Under the pieces are notes generated by a model. That model was given only the letters and a program-made list of their open reading frames with translations, was not told the origin of the DNA and did no database searches. A stretch of DNA of 48,464 bases from assembly GCA_038831915.1 (NCBI GenBank), contig JAWBKB010000013.1, positions 1 through 48,464 on the forward strand. The letters run 5' to 3'. Positions 20,438 to 29,780 of the stretch are shown piece after piece. The stretch is from Candidatus Caldarchaeum sp. (lineage in GTDB: Archaea > Thermoproteota > Nitrososphaeria_A > Caldarchaeales > Caldarchaeaceae). Each line of letters starts with the position of its first letter. Within the stretch, counting starts at the first letter, position 1. The position numbers and the translations under genes are program-made.

Positions 20438-21157
20438 ATGGACCACGGGTTGACGAAGCTTCTCTACCTTGACGACTCGTATCTCCGAAAGTTTTCCGGC
20501 AAAGTCGTTAAAGCGGCTGAAAACTGGGTTGTTCTGGACCAGACGGCTTTTCATCCTCGCGGCGGAGGATTAGTGTCTGATGTGGGAAAGGTGAGGTGGG
20601 AGGGCTTCGAATCCGCTGTGGTTGAAGTGGTTTTCGGCGAGGACGGCGTGGTTCACAAAGTTGATGGGATGAGGCCCGATGAAGGAGCTGTGGTTGAAGG
20701 TGAAGTTGACTGGGAAAAGAGATACAGAATCATGCGAATGCACACAGGACTGCATGTGTTGGCGGCGACCATGGTTGAGAAGACCGGCGCACTCATCACT
20801 GGAAACAACGTATCCTACGATTCAGGTCGAGTCGATTTCAGCCTCGAAACGTTTGACAGAGAGTTGATGGAGGAAGTGGTGGCGGAGACCAACCGTCGAC
20901 TTGCACAGAGCCGTGAAGTAAAAACATACTACATGGAAAGGGAGCAGGTTCTGAATACTCCTGGAATGGTTAAACTTGCAGGAAGACTTCCCCCTAACAT
21001 CCCGATTCTCCGCATCGTCGAGATAACAGGTCTCGACATTCAGGCTGACGGAGGCCCACATGTCAAAAACACATCTGAAGTCGGCTCGATGATAATCACG
21101 AAACTCGAAAACAAGGGGAAGACAAACCGCCGCATGTATTTCACCGTCATCCCTTAA
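20438..21157 (+). CDS. alaXM: AlaX-M trans-editing protein for misacylated tRNA-Ala
   Basis: LDQTAFHPRGGG, MRMHTGLH (HxxxH) and ADGGPHV. Confidence 0.92.
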   Translation: MDHGLTKLLYLDDSYLRKFSGKVVKAAENWVVLDQTAFHPRGGGLVSDVGKVRWEGFESAVVEVVFGEDGVVHKVDGMRPDEGAVVEGEVDWEKRYRIMRMHTGLHVLAATMVEKTGALITGNNVSYDSGRVDFSLETFDRELMEEVVAETNRRLAQSREVKTYYMEREQVLNTPGMVKLAGRLPPNIPILRIVEITGLDIQADGGPHVKNTSEVGSMIITKLENKGKTNRRMYFTVIP

Positions 21158-21183
21158 ATAATCCAGAAAAACAGTCTAATTTG

Positions 21184-21245
21184 ATGATGAGACTGACCTG
21201 TTCAGAGAGCATCGAAAGCTCTGTGACGAACATACACCTCTCTGA
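21184..21245 (+). ncRNA. Box C/D methylation guide sRNA
   Basis: Box C ATGATGA 21184-21190; 12-nt guide GACTGACCTGTT; D' CAGA 21203-21206; gagc/gctc stem; C' GTGACGA 21223-21229; 12-nt guide ACATACACCTCT; box D CTGA 21242-21245. Intergenic. Confidence 0.85.
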
Positions 21246-21282
21246 ACCAACAAGTTTATAGAAGGTTCAACTTATTACAGAC

Positions 21283-21675
21283 ATGGCGAAATTATCGGAT
21301 GCCGAATTAAAGTTCGTGCAGTCCAACGAGCTTTGTCGACTGGCGACATCTGACGAACACAACCAGCCGCATGTAGTTCCCGTCGCCTACATTTTCACCG
21401 ACAACAAGTTCTACATCGCGACTGATTATGGAACCAAGAAACTCGCAAACATCAAGAAAAACAACAAAGTTTCACTAGTTATAGACAAATACAAGCCAAA
21501 CAAAGCCGTGCTTGTTTTAGGCAAAGCTTCGATTCTGGAAAAAGGCGAAGAATACCGGAAAATTTATCAAAAATTTTACGAAAAATTCACTTGGGTAAGA
21601 AAAAACCCGTGGAACGAGGGAGAAGCACCTTTCATAGTGGTTGAGCCGGTGAAAGTGGTTTCTTGGGGACTGTAA
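21283..21675 (+). CDS. Pyridoxamine 5'-phosphate oxidase-family (split beta-barrel, possibly F420-binding) protein
   Basis: CRLAT...PHVVPV, KKLANI...NKVSLVID and C-terminal VVSWGL. Confidence 0.85.
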   Translation: MAKLSDAELKFVQSNELCRLATSDEHNQPHVVPVAYIFTDNKFYIATDYGTKKLANIKKNNKVSLVIDKYKPNKAVLVLGKASILEKGEEYRKIYQKFYEKFTWVRKNPWNEGEAPFIVVEPVKVVSWGL

Positions 21676-21722
21676 AATCAAACGGTTAAAAATCAGCGCT
21701 ACACGCGAAGAGATGCATAGAG

Positions 21723-21938
21723 TTGATTTCGCCCGGCAAATGGTCTGACGAGCAGCGAATCGAAGTTCTGCGGTCAAGTATCGGAAACGTCATGATAAAC
21801 CTCAAAATTATAGCAAATTCCCAGTTAGCGAATCAGCTCGGCTTGCTAAATGACGATGAGAAACAGATTTTGCTAAAAGCGGCAGAAATAGCATTGAACA
21901 TGATGAAAAGAGGCAAGGAAAAAGGGTTATTCAAATGA
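21723..21938 (+). CDS. Small hypothetical helical protein
   Basis: 71 aa, fills the gap between co-directional genes, protein-like amphipathic composition; no family recognised. Confidence 0.55.
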   Translation: MISPGKWSDEQRIEVLRSSIGNVMINLKIIANSQLANQLGLLNDDEKQILLKAAEIALNMMKRGKEKGLFK

Positions 21939-21986
21939 CTTTTGTCAAGGGAAAGTTAATTTTGGCCAAAACCACTTCCAAATAAC

Positions 21987-23378
21987 ATGTCGCGATATCT
22001 CATTCAAGGAGGGTTTGTGGTTCCCGTCGATGGAAGCAGAAGAATTATCCGCGACGGATGTGTGCTCGTTGATGGTGACCGAATCGAGGCAATTGGGCCG
22101 AAACAGGAGGTGATGAAGCTTGCAGCGAGGGCGGAAGTCGTCGATGCAAAAAACTGCCTCATCATTCCGGGGCTCATTGACACCCACGTCCATCTTGCCC
22201 AAGCTCTTCTGCGTGGGGTCGTGCCAGACAACCTCACTCTGATTCCCTGGCTGCGTGACTGGGTTTGGCGCTTTCTCGGCGTATACGACAAAGGGGACGG
22301 CAAAGCAAGCGCAGCACTCTGCATACTTGAAATGCTGAAAACCGGTACGACAGGTTTCATAGAGATACACATACACACTCGCTATGGCTTTGATGGCATA
22401 GCTGAGCTGGTTGAAAAATCAGGAATCAGAGGAGTTTTGTCAAAAACAATCATGGATATGAAAGGATATGCATCGGAGGAGAACATCATGCCAGCATCTA
22501 TGATAGAAGATGGCGAAGCGTGTATCAGGGAATTCAAGGAAATGCATAGAAGATGGAACGGCCGAGGCGACGGCAGGATCGATGTCTGGCTTGGTCTCCG
22601 AAGCGCGGGGGCTGTATCGGACAAGCTTTACCACGAAGCCGCAGCGCTCGCAGAAGAATACGACACAGGTATCACCAATCATCTCGCAGAAGTGCGCGAA
22701 GACTTGGAATTTTACCGTAAGGCGTATGGAACCAGCCCGTCCGGGTTTCTGGAAAAATTCAACATGCTCGGCGAAAGACGTGTCTACGCGCACTGCGTCT
22801 GGCTGAACGAGGAGGATATGAGAAAGTTCGCGGCAACGGGCACAACCGTCGCTCACTGCCCTTCTTCGAATATGAAGCTCGGATCGGGTATAGCCCCTGT
22901 ATCCGACATGCTAAGGCTGGGGGTCAACGTGGGGCTTGGATGCGACGGTGGACCAAGCAACGACAGCTACGATATGATACGAGAGATGAAGATGGCATCA
23001 TGTTTACAGAAAGTTCGGACATTAGACCCAACATCTATTTCGGCATGGGATGTTTTGACGATGGCAACGCGGAACGGCGCCCGTGCTATGGGAAAACTTA
23101 ACGACCTCGGCAGTTTAGAACCCGGCAAAAAAGCAGACATCGTAATTGTCAGTCTCAAAAGGCCCTCTGTAACACCGATCTCCAACCCTGTTTCGCTTCT
23201 GGTCTACGCAGCTTCTGGAGAAGACGTAAGAGACGTTATGATAGACGGCAAATTCGTCGTACGAGACAAACAAGTTCTCACTCTAAACGAAGAAGAAGTA
23301 ATCAGAAACGCGAACAAACATTTGGAAAGAATAATTTCAAAAGTCGACCCGAGCATAGACCTGCTCAAAACGATGTAG
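21987..23378 (+). CDS. Amidohydrolase (MTA/SAH deaminase, AtzA/TrzA family)
   Basis: PGLIDTHVH, HLAE, AHCV, HCPSSNMKL, GCDG and GSLEPGKKAD. Confidence 0.92.
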   Translation: MSRYLIQGGFVVPVDGSRRIIRDGCVLVDGDRIEAIGPKQEVMKLAARAEVVDAKNCLIIPGLIDTHVHLAQALLRGVVPDNLTLIPWLRDWVWRFLGVYDKGDGKASAALCILEMLKTGTTGFIEIHIHTRYGFDGIAELVEKSGIRGVLSKTIMDMKGYASEENIMPASMIEDGEACIREFKEMHRRWNGRGDGRIDVWLGLRSAGAVSDKLYHEAAALAEEYDTGITNHLAEVREDLEFYRKAYGTSPSGFLEKFNMLGERRVYAHCVWLNEEDMRKFAATGTTVAHCPSSNMKLGSGIAPVSDMLRLGVNVGLGCDGGPSNDSYDMIREMKMASCLQKVRTLDPTSISAWDVLTMATRNGARAMGKLNDLGSLEPGKKADIVIVSLKRPSVTPISNPVSLLVYAASGEDVRDVMIDGKFVVRDKQVLTLNEEEVIRNANKHLERIISKVDPSIDLLKTM

Positions 23379-24355
23379 GGCTGAAATGATGTAGAATGGG
23401 TAGCACTTCGCCGGTGACGGGGTAAAGCAAAGGCTCGGTCGCGCCGGCGTCTCTATATTCCTTTATCTTTTTCCTACATTCTTCGACGTCCCCTACTGCC
23501 ATGAGCTTCGCAGCCAATTTCTCATCGACTATTTCAACTGCCTTTCTGAGTTTCTCCTCAGTCGTGGGCCAACCACCGGTTACAGCCCTCACCTCCTCCG
23601 TAATTTTCTCGGGAACACCTGAGGCAATCGCAATGTGAGGCTACATGGCTAAATATTCAGTCACCATCAAGCGAGCCATGTAGAAAGCCTTTTCAGAATC
23701 AGCAGAATAGGATACGGCTAGTAGCTGTGGTCTATTAATTTCCGATAGTTTTCTTCCAGATTTTTTTGCGCCTTCTGAAATATGCTCGACTGCTTTTCTG
23801 TTGTATTCAGGGGAGACTAGATAATTTAGAAGAACGCCGTCAGCGATTTCTCCTGCAAGTTCACACATCTGAAACCCTGTTGCGCCAACATATACTGGGA
23901 CGTTTCGTGGAATGCGTTCCAGCCGTACCCCTCTAACTTTGACAAATTCGCCTTCAAACCAAACTTCCTCGCCTTTTAACAACTTTTTCAAAAACCACGA
24001 CGTGTTCACGCATTGCCTGAAGTGGTTTCCTCCGCTCTATTCCTATTTTAGTAGCCATCGGCTCCCAGAGAACACCAATCCCGAGTATAGTCCGCCCGTT
24101 CGAAAGTTCATCAAGAGATGTGAAAGTGGTTGCGAGGGTCACCACGTTTCGAGTCCATGTATGTAGGACGCCTGTTCCCAGTCGGATTTTTTCGGTCACC
24201 GCAGCGAGAGCAGCTATCGAAATCGTCGAATCCCGCGAAGTTCTTGATTCACCTTGCCAAATGCTCGTGAAACCAAACCTTTCTGCGACTTTGGCGTATA
24301 GAAGCTCGTCGCGGAGAGGAATGCTTGCCGTAAAGTAAAGACCCACTTTTTCCAA
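23365..24355 (-). pseudogene. LLM-class (Mer-like, probably F420-dependent) oxidoreductase, interrupted
   Basis: Three collinear fragments. One extra T in a T5 run (plus 23990-23994) breaks ...MREHVVV/LKKLLKGE...; an in-frame TAG at 23641-23643 separates YLAM from PHIAIASG. Confidence 0.8.
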
Positions 24356-24359
24356 CGCT

Positions 24360-25678
24360 TCACACACCACCCCAAAATTTTTCAGCAGCACGAATGCAAC
24401 CTTTTCTCGACTTTTCAGCGTTGATTTTGGTGGTTTCGCCGTCTTTCACGACGATTTTCCCGTCGACCAAGACCGTTTCAACCCAAGACCCCGAAGCGTA
24501 AACCACGATTTGCATGATGACGTTTTCAGGAGTGACAGGTGTTGGAAATAGGCTTTTCAGAACGATGATGTCTGCTTTCATTTCTTTGGAAATTCGGCCT
24601 CCTCGAAATCCAAGCGCTTTTGCAGCGTTTTCCGTCGCCATTTTGAAGACAGTGTTAGCAGGCATTACAGCTGTGTTTTCCTTCGCAGCCTTGTGAAGGA
24701 GCCAAGCGCTACGCATCACTTCGAACATGTCCACGATAAACCCATCAGTTCCTAGGCAAACAGTCATGCCGCGTTGCAGCATTTCAGGAACAGGTGCTAT
24801 CCCACCACCAACCTCTCCGTTGCTCAGAGGTTGATGAGAAACTTTTACGTCGTGCTTAGCCAAAATATGCAACTCACGAAAAGTGGTCTTCACGCACTGA
24901 GACGCCATCACGTCAGAACCCCAGAAGTTTAATTCATCATAAAGCTCCGCTGGATATTTTCCGTACCGTTTTAGAGATTCATGTGTTTCATGAATGGCTT
25001 CCTCGAAATGAATGTGAATTCCAGCTCCCGTTTCGTCTGCATCCCGCCCACAAAGCTGGATAAAGCTTGGCGAACAAGTGAAAGTTGTATGAATGCAGTG
25101 CATCCCTTTAATCAATCTCTCGCGAGCATTCATTTTTTTGATGAACAGTTTGTTCTCTTCAAGTCCTTTCATGCCGTTTTCGGTGCTGAGTCTTTCGGTT
25201 GCTTCGAATGATAATACTGCGCGCAACCCTGCTTCCTCGAGTATCTGTGCTTCGATGTCCAGAGCTCCGGGAAGAGCGTTTGGCGCTTCGAGAACGTCAG
25301 CCACACATGTGGTTCCTGTCTGAAGTCTCGTGACTGCTGCGTATTTTACCGCGGCCTCGATTAGCGGTTTGTCTAGCCTGTCTTCGACCATGGGCCACCA
25401 AAAATCCTTTAGAAAATCCCAAAAACTGTTCAGACGTTTTTTACGGGAATTCCATGTGCAAGCACACCGTACATGTGGTCATGTGCCGAAATGAGACCTG
25501 GCAGAACAATTTTGTCAGAAGCATCAATAACATGCTGTGCGGTGTAACCGACATGTTGGCCCTCACCAACTTCTACGATCGTGCCATCCGAGACAATCAC
25601 GTACCCCCCAGAAATAAAAGGCCCGTCAGCACCCGATACTATTAGACCATTTTTAAGGATGACATCGACTTCTGGCAC
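24360..25678 (-). pseudogene. Amidohydrolase (SsnA/AtzA-like) split by a frameshift
   Basis: The N-terminal ORF carries PGLISAHDH; the downstream frame carries HIHFEE, HQPLSN and LGTDG. The frames join at an A6 run (plus T run 25437-25442) with a -1 shift. Confidence 0.8.
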
Positions 25679-25790
25679 ATCTCAAGTACAAGAGCTCGTC
25701 ATTTAAATTATTTAAAATATGCTGCAACGTTATGCACAAAATTTAGTTAAAGCCGGAAAATTTTTTAAAAAGTACGAGTTCTCAATCCGT

Positions 25791-26267
25791 GTGAAACGAT
25801 TTGTTTTTGGTTTGGTTTTGGCGATTGTCGCGATAGCAGCGATGATTGCCCTATTTCTGACATTTATCGACCCGTTTCAGGTCAGCGAAGTTTCGACGAG
25901 AAAGGGAACTCAAACCGCGGCAATATTTCTAGACATAACAAATAGAGGCTTGATTCGCGACTGTGTTGTAGGTGTCGAAGTCACAGGCGAGGGTAAAGTG
26001 GGAGGGGAAAAGCTGAAAGCTGAGCTGCATCGAACCGTTTTAGAACAAAACATTATGAAGATGGTAAAGGTTGAGAAAATTTGCGTGGAGCCGTTGAGCA
26101 CGGTGCGGATGAAGGGAGCCGAGGCAGAAGGATATCACATCATGGTGTTTGGAGACGTTGAAAAATTCGATACCTATCATGTTCATCTTTTCATGGAAAG
26201 CGGCAGAGTCATTCATTTCGACGTAGAGGCGGCAAAAAACGGGCATTCGAACGACCATAAACATTAA
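25791..26267 (+). CDS. PCu(A)C copper chaperone
   Basis: N-terminal TM, AELH...MKM...GYHIM metal motif and His-rich tail. GTG 25791 lies downstream of TTTTTAAA at about 25762-25769. Confidence 0.85.
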   Translation: MKRFVFGLVLAIVAIAAMIALFLTFIDPFQVSEVSTRKGTQTAAIFLDITNRGLIRDCVVGVEVTGEGKVGGEKLKAELHRTVLEQNIMKMVKVEKICVEPLSTVRMKGAEAEGYHIMVFGDVEKFDTYHVHLFMESGRVIHFDVEAAKNGHSNDHKH

Positions 26268-26310
26268 CGTCAGCTACCCTTAACAAGAATACTTAACACC
26301 GCTGAAGCAG

Positions 26311-26320
26311 AATATATATG
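26311..26320 (+). promoter_or_regulatory. Probable TATA box of tuf
   Basis: aaTATATATg about 25 nt upstream of ATG 26344. Confidence 0.5.
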
Positions 26321-26343
26321 TCGGAATATCTGCCATTTAGACG

Positions 26344-27639
26344 ATGTCGGCAAAACCGCACATGAACTTGGTTGTCATAGGACACGTTGACCACGGAAAA
26401 TCAACGACGATGGGTCATTTCCTATATAGACTCGGCGCCATTGACGAAAGAACGCTGAAAACATACGAAGAGGAGGCGAAGAAACTCGGGAAAGAAAGCT
26501 TCAAATACGCTTGGGTTCTCGACCGCATAAAGGAAGAGAGGGAAAGAGGGCTCACCATAGACCTCGCATTCCAGAAATTCGAGACGCGAAAATACTATTT
26601 CACATTGATTGACGCACCTGGTCACAGAGACTTTGTCAAGAACATGATTACTGGCGCGAGTCAAGCGGACGCGGCTGTTCTCGTCGTTTCTGCTAAGAAA
26701 GGTGAAGCGGAAGTCGGAATTGCTCCTGGTGGCCAAACCCGTGAACACGCATACCTATCCTTTGTTCTAGGTATCCGTCAGCTCATCGTTTTGATAAACA
26801 AAATGGATGACTCTTCCGTTAATTGGGCGAAGGAAAGGTATGAGGAAGTTAAACAGATGGCAGGCGACTTGCTGAAAACAATCGGTTACAACATCGCCAA
26901 AATAAACTTCATCCCGATATCCGGATGGCTGGGCGACAACCTTACCGAGCGAAGCAAAAACATGCCATGGTACAATGGTCCCACTCTGATCGAAGCTCTA
27001 GACCTTCTCGAAGAGCCTCCGAAACCCATCGACAAACCGCTTAGAATACCAATTCAGGGAGTTTACTCAATCAAAGGAGTGGGAACGGTTCCGGTGGGGA
27101 GAGTTGAACAAGGTATACTTAAGCCAGGTGACATCGTAGCAATATATCCCGGGGGCTTGAAAGCTGAAGTAAAGTCGATTGAGATGCATCATCAAGCTCT
27201 TCAGCAGGCCATTCCCGGGGACAATATTGGCTTTGCGTTGAAAGGTGTTGAGAAAAGCCAGCTCGCTAGGGGCATGATCGTAACCAAGCCAGAAACTCCC
27301 GTGCCGGTCGCGAAAGAATTCATTGGTCAAATCTACGTTATCTACCATCCGACAGCGATAGCGGCGGGATACACACCGGTTCTACATATACATACTGCGC
27401 AGACGGCTGTAAAATTCGTAGAGCTGATTCAAAAGATGGACCCGAGGACTGGCCAAATAACTGAGAAAAACCCGTCCTTCATCAAGACAGGAGACGTAGC
27501 AGTGGTCCGTCTAAGGCCCTTGACTCCAGTTGCTCTCGAACCTGCTAGTGTTTCACCGGAACTTGGGCGGTTCGCGATAAGGGACAGCGGCATGACCGTC
27601 GCGGCAGGTGTCGTGAAAGAAATAACCGAATTCGGTTAA
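26344..27639 (+). CDS. tuf: Translation elongation factor EF-1alpha
   Basis: GHVDHGKST, ERERGLTID, DAPGHRDFVKNMITGASQAD, NKMD and GRFAIRD. Confidence 0.99.
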   Translation: MSAKPHMNLVVIGHVDHGKSTTMGHFLYRLGAIDERTLKTYEEEAKKLGKESFKYAWVLDRIKEERERGLTIDLAFQKFETRKYYFTLIDAPGHRDFVKNMITGASQADAAVLVVSAKKGEAEVGIAPGGQTREHAYLSFVLGIRQLIVLINKMDDSSVNWAKERYEEVKQMAGDLLKTIGYNIAKINFIPISGWLGDNLTERSKNMPWYNGPTLIEALDLLEEPPKPIDKPLRIPIQGVYSIKGVGTVPVGRVEQGILKPGDIVAIYPGGLKAEVKSIEMHHQALQQAIPGDNIGFALKGVEKSQLARGMIVTKPETPVPVAKEFIGQIYVIYHPTAIAAGYTPVLHIHTAQTAVKFVELIQKMDPRTGQITEKNPSFIKTGDVAVVRLRPLTPVALEPASVSPELGRFAIRDSGMTVAAGVVKEITEFG

Positions 27640-27647
27640 ACCTTATT

Positions 27648-27965
27648 TTATTTTGTCTGAACCTGCATCTCTATCGCAACGTCGTCAGGAATTTGAATTC
27701 TCATTATTTGACGCATAACCCTTTGATCCGTTATGCCTAAATCTATTAACCGACGATGTATTCTCATCTGATGTTTCCGCCATGTCTTTGTTCCTTCTCC
27801 GCAAGGAGATTTTCTGGTCGGTAGTATCAACTTTTTCACGGGCAATGGAATTGGTCCAGAGATTTTCGTACCAGTTTTTTGGGCGATGTCCTTGATCTCG
27901 CTGCAGACTTGCTCAAGCTTTGTGAGGTTTGTGCTGGTGATTTTTATCCTGACGACCTGCGTCAT
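27648..27965 (-). CDS. rpsJ: 30S ribosomal protein uS10
   Basis: SGPIPLP, RKSPCGEGTKTW and MRIHRRLID. Confidence 0.97.
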   Translation of the reverse strand: MTQVVRIKITSTNLTKLEQVCSEIKDIAQKTGTKISGPIPLPVKKLILPTRKSPCGEGTKTWRKHQMRIHRRLIDLGITDQRVMRQIMRIQIPDDVAIEMQVQTK

Positions 27966-28012
27966 TTTTGACGTCCCCTTTTCGGATATTCGGCCAAGGT
28001 AAAAACCTTAGC

Positions 28013-28861
28013 CTACTGAGCCCGTCTTGTTACATCGCTATATCTAAACTTAACCCATGCAATGGCTAGCGGGGCCAGGGAATACGCCAAGATGCTTAGA
28101 AATGCTTGGCCGAGGTTTTCAGCTCCCACGCCCGATAGCAAGAAGACGCCTCCCGGAACTCCAATGCTGATGTCAAGCGTTTCAAGCAGTATTGTTGAAG
28201 TTGTGCCGACTGTCGCCCACGTGGGTAAATATCGTACAACTGTGAGAAGTGACGGGTCGTTTCCAATCGCGGCCGCGATGTTCGCATATGTTTCTATCAG
28301 TGTTGAAGAAAAGAAAACTGTGCCGCTGAGGATGGTTGAGATCATGCTACGCCTCAAAACTTCACCAAAGGCAAGCCCGATAGTGTAGAACGGCAACGCC
28401 GAAAACACTGAAACAAAAACGCCTGCGGGGAAAACTTCTAACCTCGATTGGGGACCAAAGGCGAACCAAGCTATCGCCAGCGAAACCACAGAATAAGTGA
28501 GGACAATTATGGATAGAAGGGCGAGGCCTCCGACGACCTTACCGATGAAATACTGAATCCGTGATATCGGACGTGTGAACCAGTAGTCAGCGGTACCTGT
28601 TTCGTATTCCTCAGCCGTCGTGGCAGAGCCGATGGTCAACGCGAGCACGTGCACGAGCCCGGCAGAGGGCGCTATAATCCCAACAGACCAAATGATTCCT
28701 GCAAAAGGGTCGATCAGCAATGTGGGCAGCCTAGTCAAAACAAGGTAAAGCCCGACTTCGAGAAGAAAAGTCAAAGCAAGAAGGATGAGAATTCTTTTTC
28801 GCGCAAGACTTTTTCTGATTTCATAGTCTATTAGCGACGCATAGGATCTAATCGCTGACAT
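28013..28861 (-). CDS. ABC-2 type exporter permease
   Basis: EEYETGT...RPISR..YFIGK motif, about six TM segments; ATG 28861. Confidence 0.87.
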   Translation of the reverse strand: MSAIRSYASLIDYEIRKSLARKRILILLALTFLLEVGLYLVLTRLPTLLIDPFAGIIWSVGIIAPSAGLVHVLALTIGSATTAEEYETGTADYWFTRPISRIQYFIGKVVGGLALLSIIVLTYSVVSLAIAWFAFGPQSRLEVFPAGVFVSVFSALPFYTIGLAFGEVLRRSMISTILSGTVFFSSTLIETYANIAAAIGNDPSLLTVVRYLPTWATVGTTSTILLETLDISIGVPGGVFLLSGVGAENLGQAFLSILAYSLAPLAIAWVKFRYSDVTRRAQ

Positions 28862-29780
28862 TTTCCTTAACCTTGCTGATAAAAACTTCTTCAAGTGTCG
28901 ACATCACCGTCTTCAGCTCAAGCAGGCCGTAGCCAGATTGCACAACGGTTTCGGCGATTTTTTCACGCGGGTCGTTTTCACCGTTTAACCTGATAAACAT
29001 CGTATCTCCATCAACATTGATGTCTTCGATTCCATCCAGATTTCGCAAAGCCGATATCAGTTCAAGCCCTATAGGTTTTCGCACCGTGACAGAAACGACT
29101 TGTTGCAGAGACCGAATCCTCGCCAACTCTTCTTCTAAAACGGTTCTGCCCAAGTAGAGCATTCCGATTCGGTCTGCAAGCCTCTCCACCTCGTATAACT
29201 CATGAGACGAGAAAAGTATCGTTTTGCCTTGTTTTTTGAGTTCGACTAGAACGTCGCGAATGTGAGCTCTTCCGACAGGGTCGACTCCTAGCATGGGTTC
29301 GTCGAGCACGAGTAAAGGCGGGTCACCTATCAGTGCTTGTCCAATTGAAAGCCTCTGAATCATCCCCTTAGAAAAGTTGCCGACCTTTCTATGTGCGTGG
29401 TTAATTAACCCAGTTAGCTCTAGAACATGCTTCACTTCTTCATCAGCTTGCTTTCCGCGGATATTTTTCATTGCACAAGTTACTTTGAGAAGCTTTTCCG
29501 CCGAAAAGAAGGGTGGAAATATAGGAATTTCGGGTGAATAACCAACTTTATTATTGACTTTTGCGGGTTGTTTGAACGGTTCCAAGCCGAATACTCTTAC
29601 TTCGCCGGATGAAGGCTTCAGCAAGCCGAGGACCGCGCGAAGCGTGGTGGTTTTGCCCGAGCCGTTAGGGCCCACCAAACCAAATACTTCTTGGCGTCGA
29701 ATAGAGAGTGAAATAGGTCCTACCTTGACTCTGTCACCGTAAACCTTCGTCAGCGAAGCGACTTTAACGACTTCGTTCAT
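28848..29780 (-). CDS. ABC-2 type exporter ATP-binding subunit
   Basis: GPNGSGKTT, FSKGMIQR, LDEP, SSH and LEEVF tail. Confidence 0.93.
   Translation of the reverse strand: MNEVVKVASLTKVYGDRVKVGPISLSIRRQEVFGLVGPNGSGKTTTLRAVLGLLKPSSGEVRVFGLEPFKQPAKVNNKVGYSPEIPIFPPFFSAEKLLKVTCAMKNIRGKQADEEVKHVLELTGLINHAHRKVGNFSKGMIQRLSIGQALIGDPPLLVLDEPMLGVDPVGRAHIRDVLVELKKQGKTILFSSHELYEVERLADRIGMLYLGRTVLEEELARIRSLQQVVSVTVRKPIGLELISALRNLDGIEDINVDGDTMFIRLNGENDPREKIAETVVQSGYGLLELKTVMSTLEEVFISKVKENVSD

Noticed and set aside
23641-23643. Amber codon as pyrrolysine recoding
   Set aside because: The same gene also has a frameshift and no pyl genes are in the window; a nonsense mutation is simpler.
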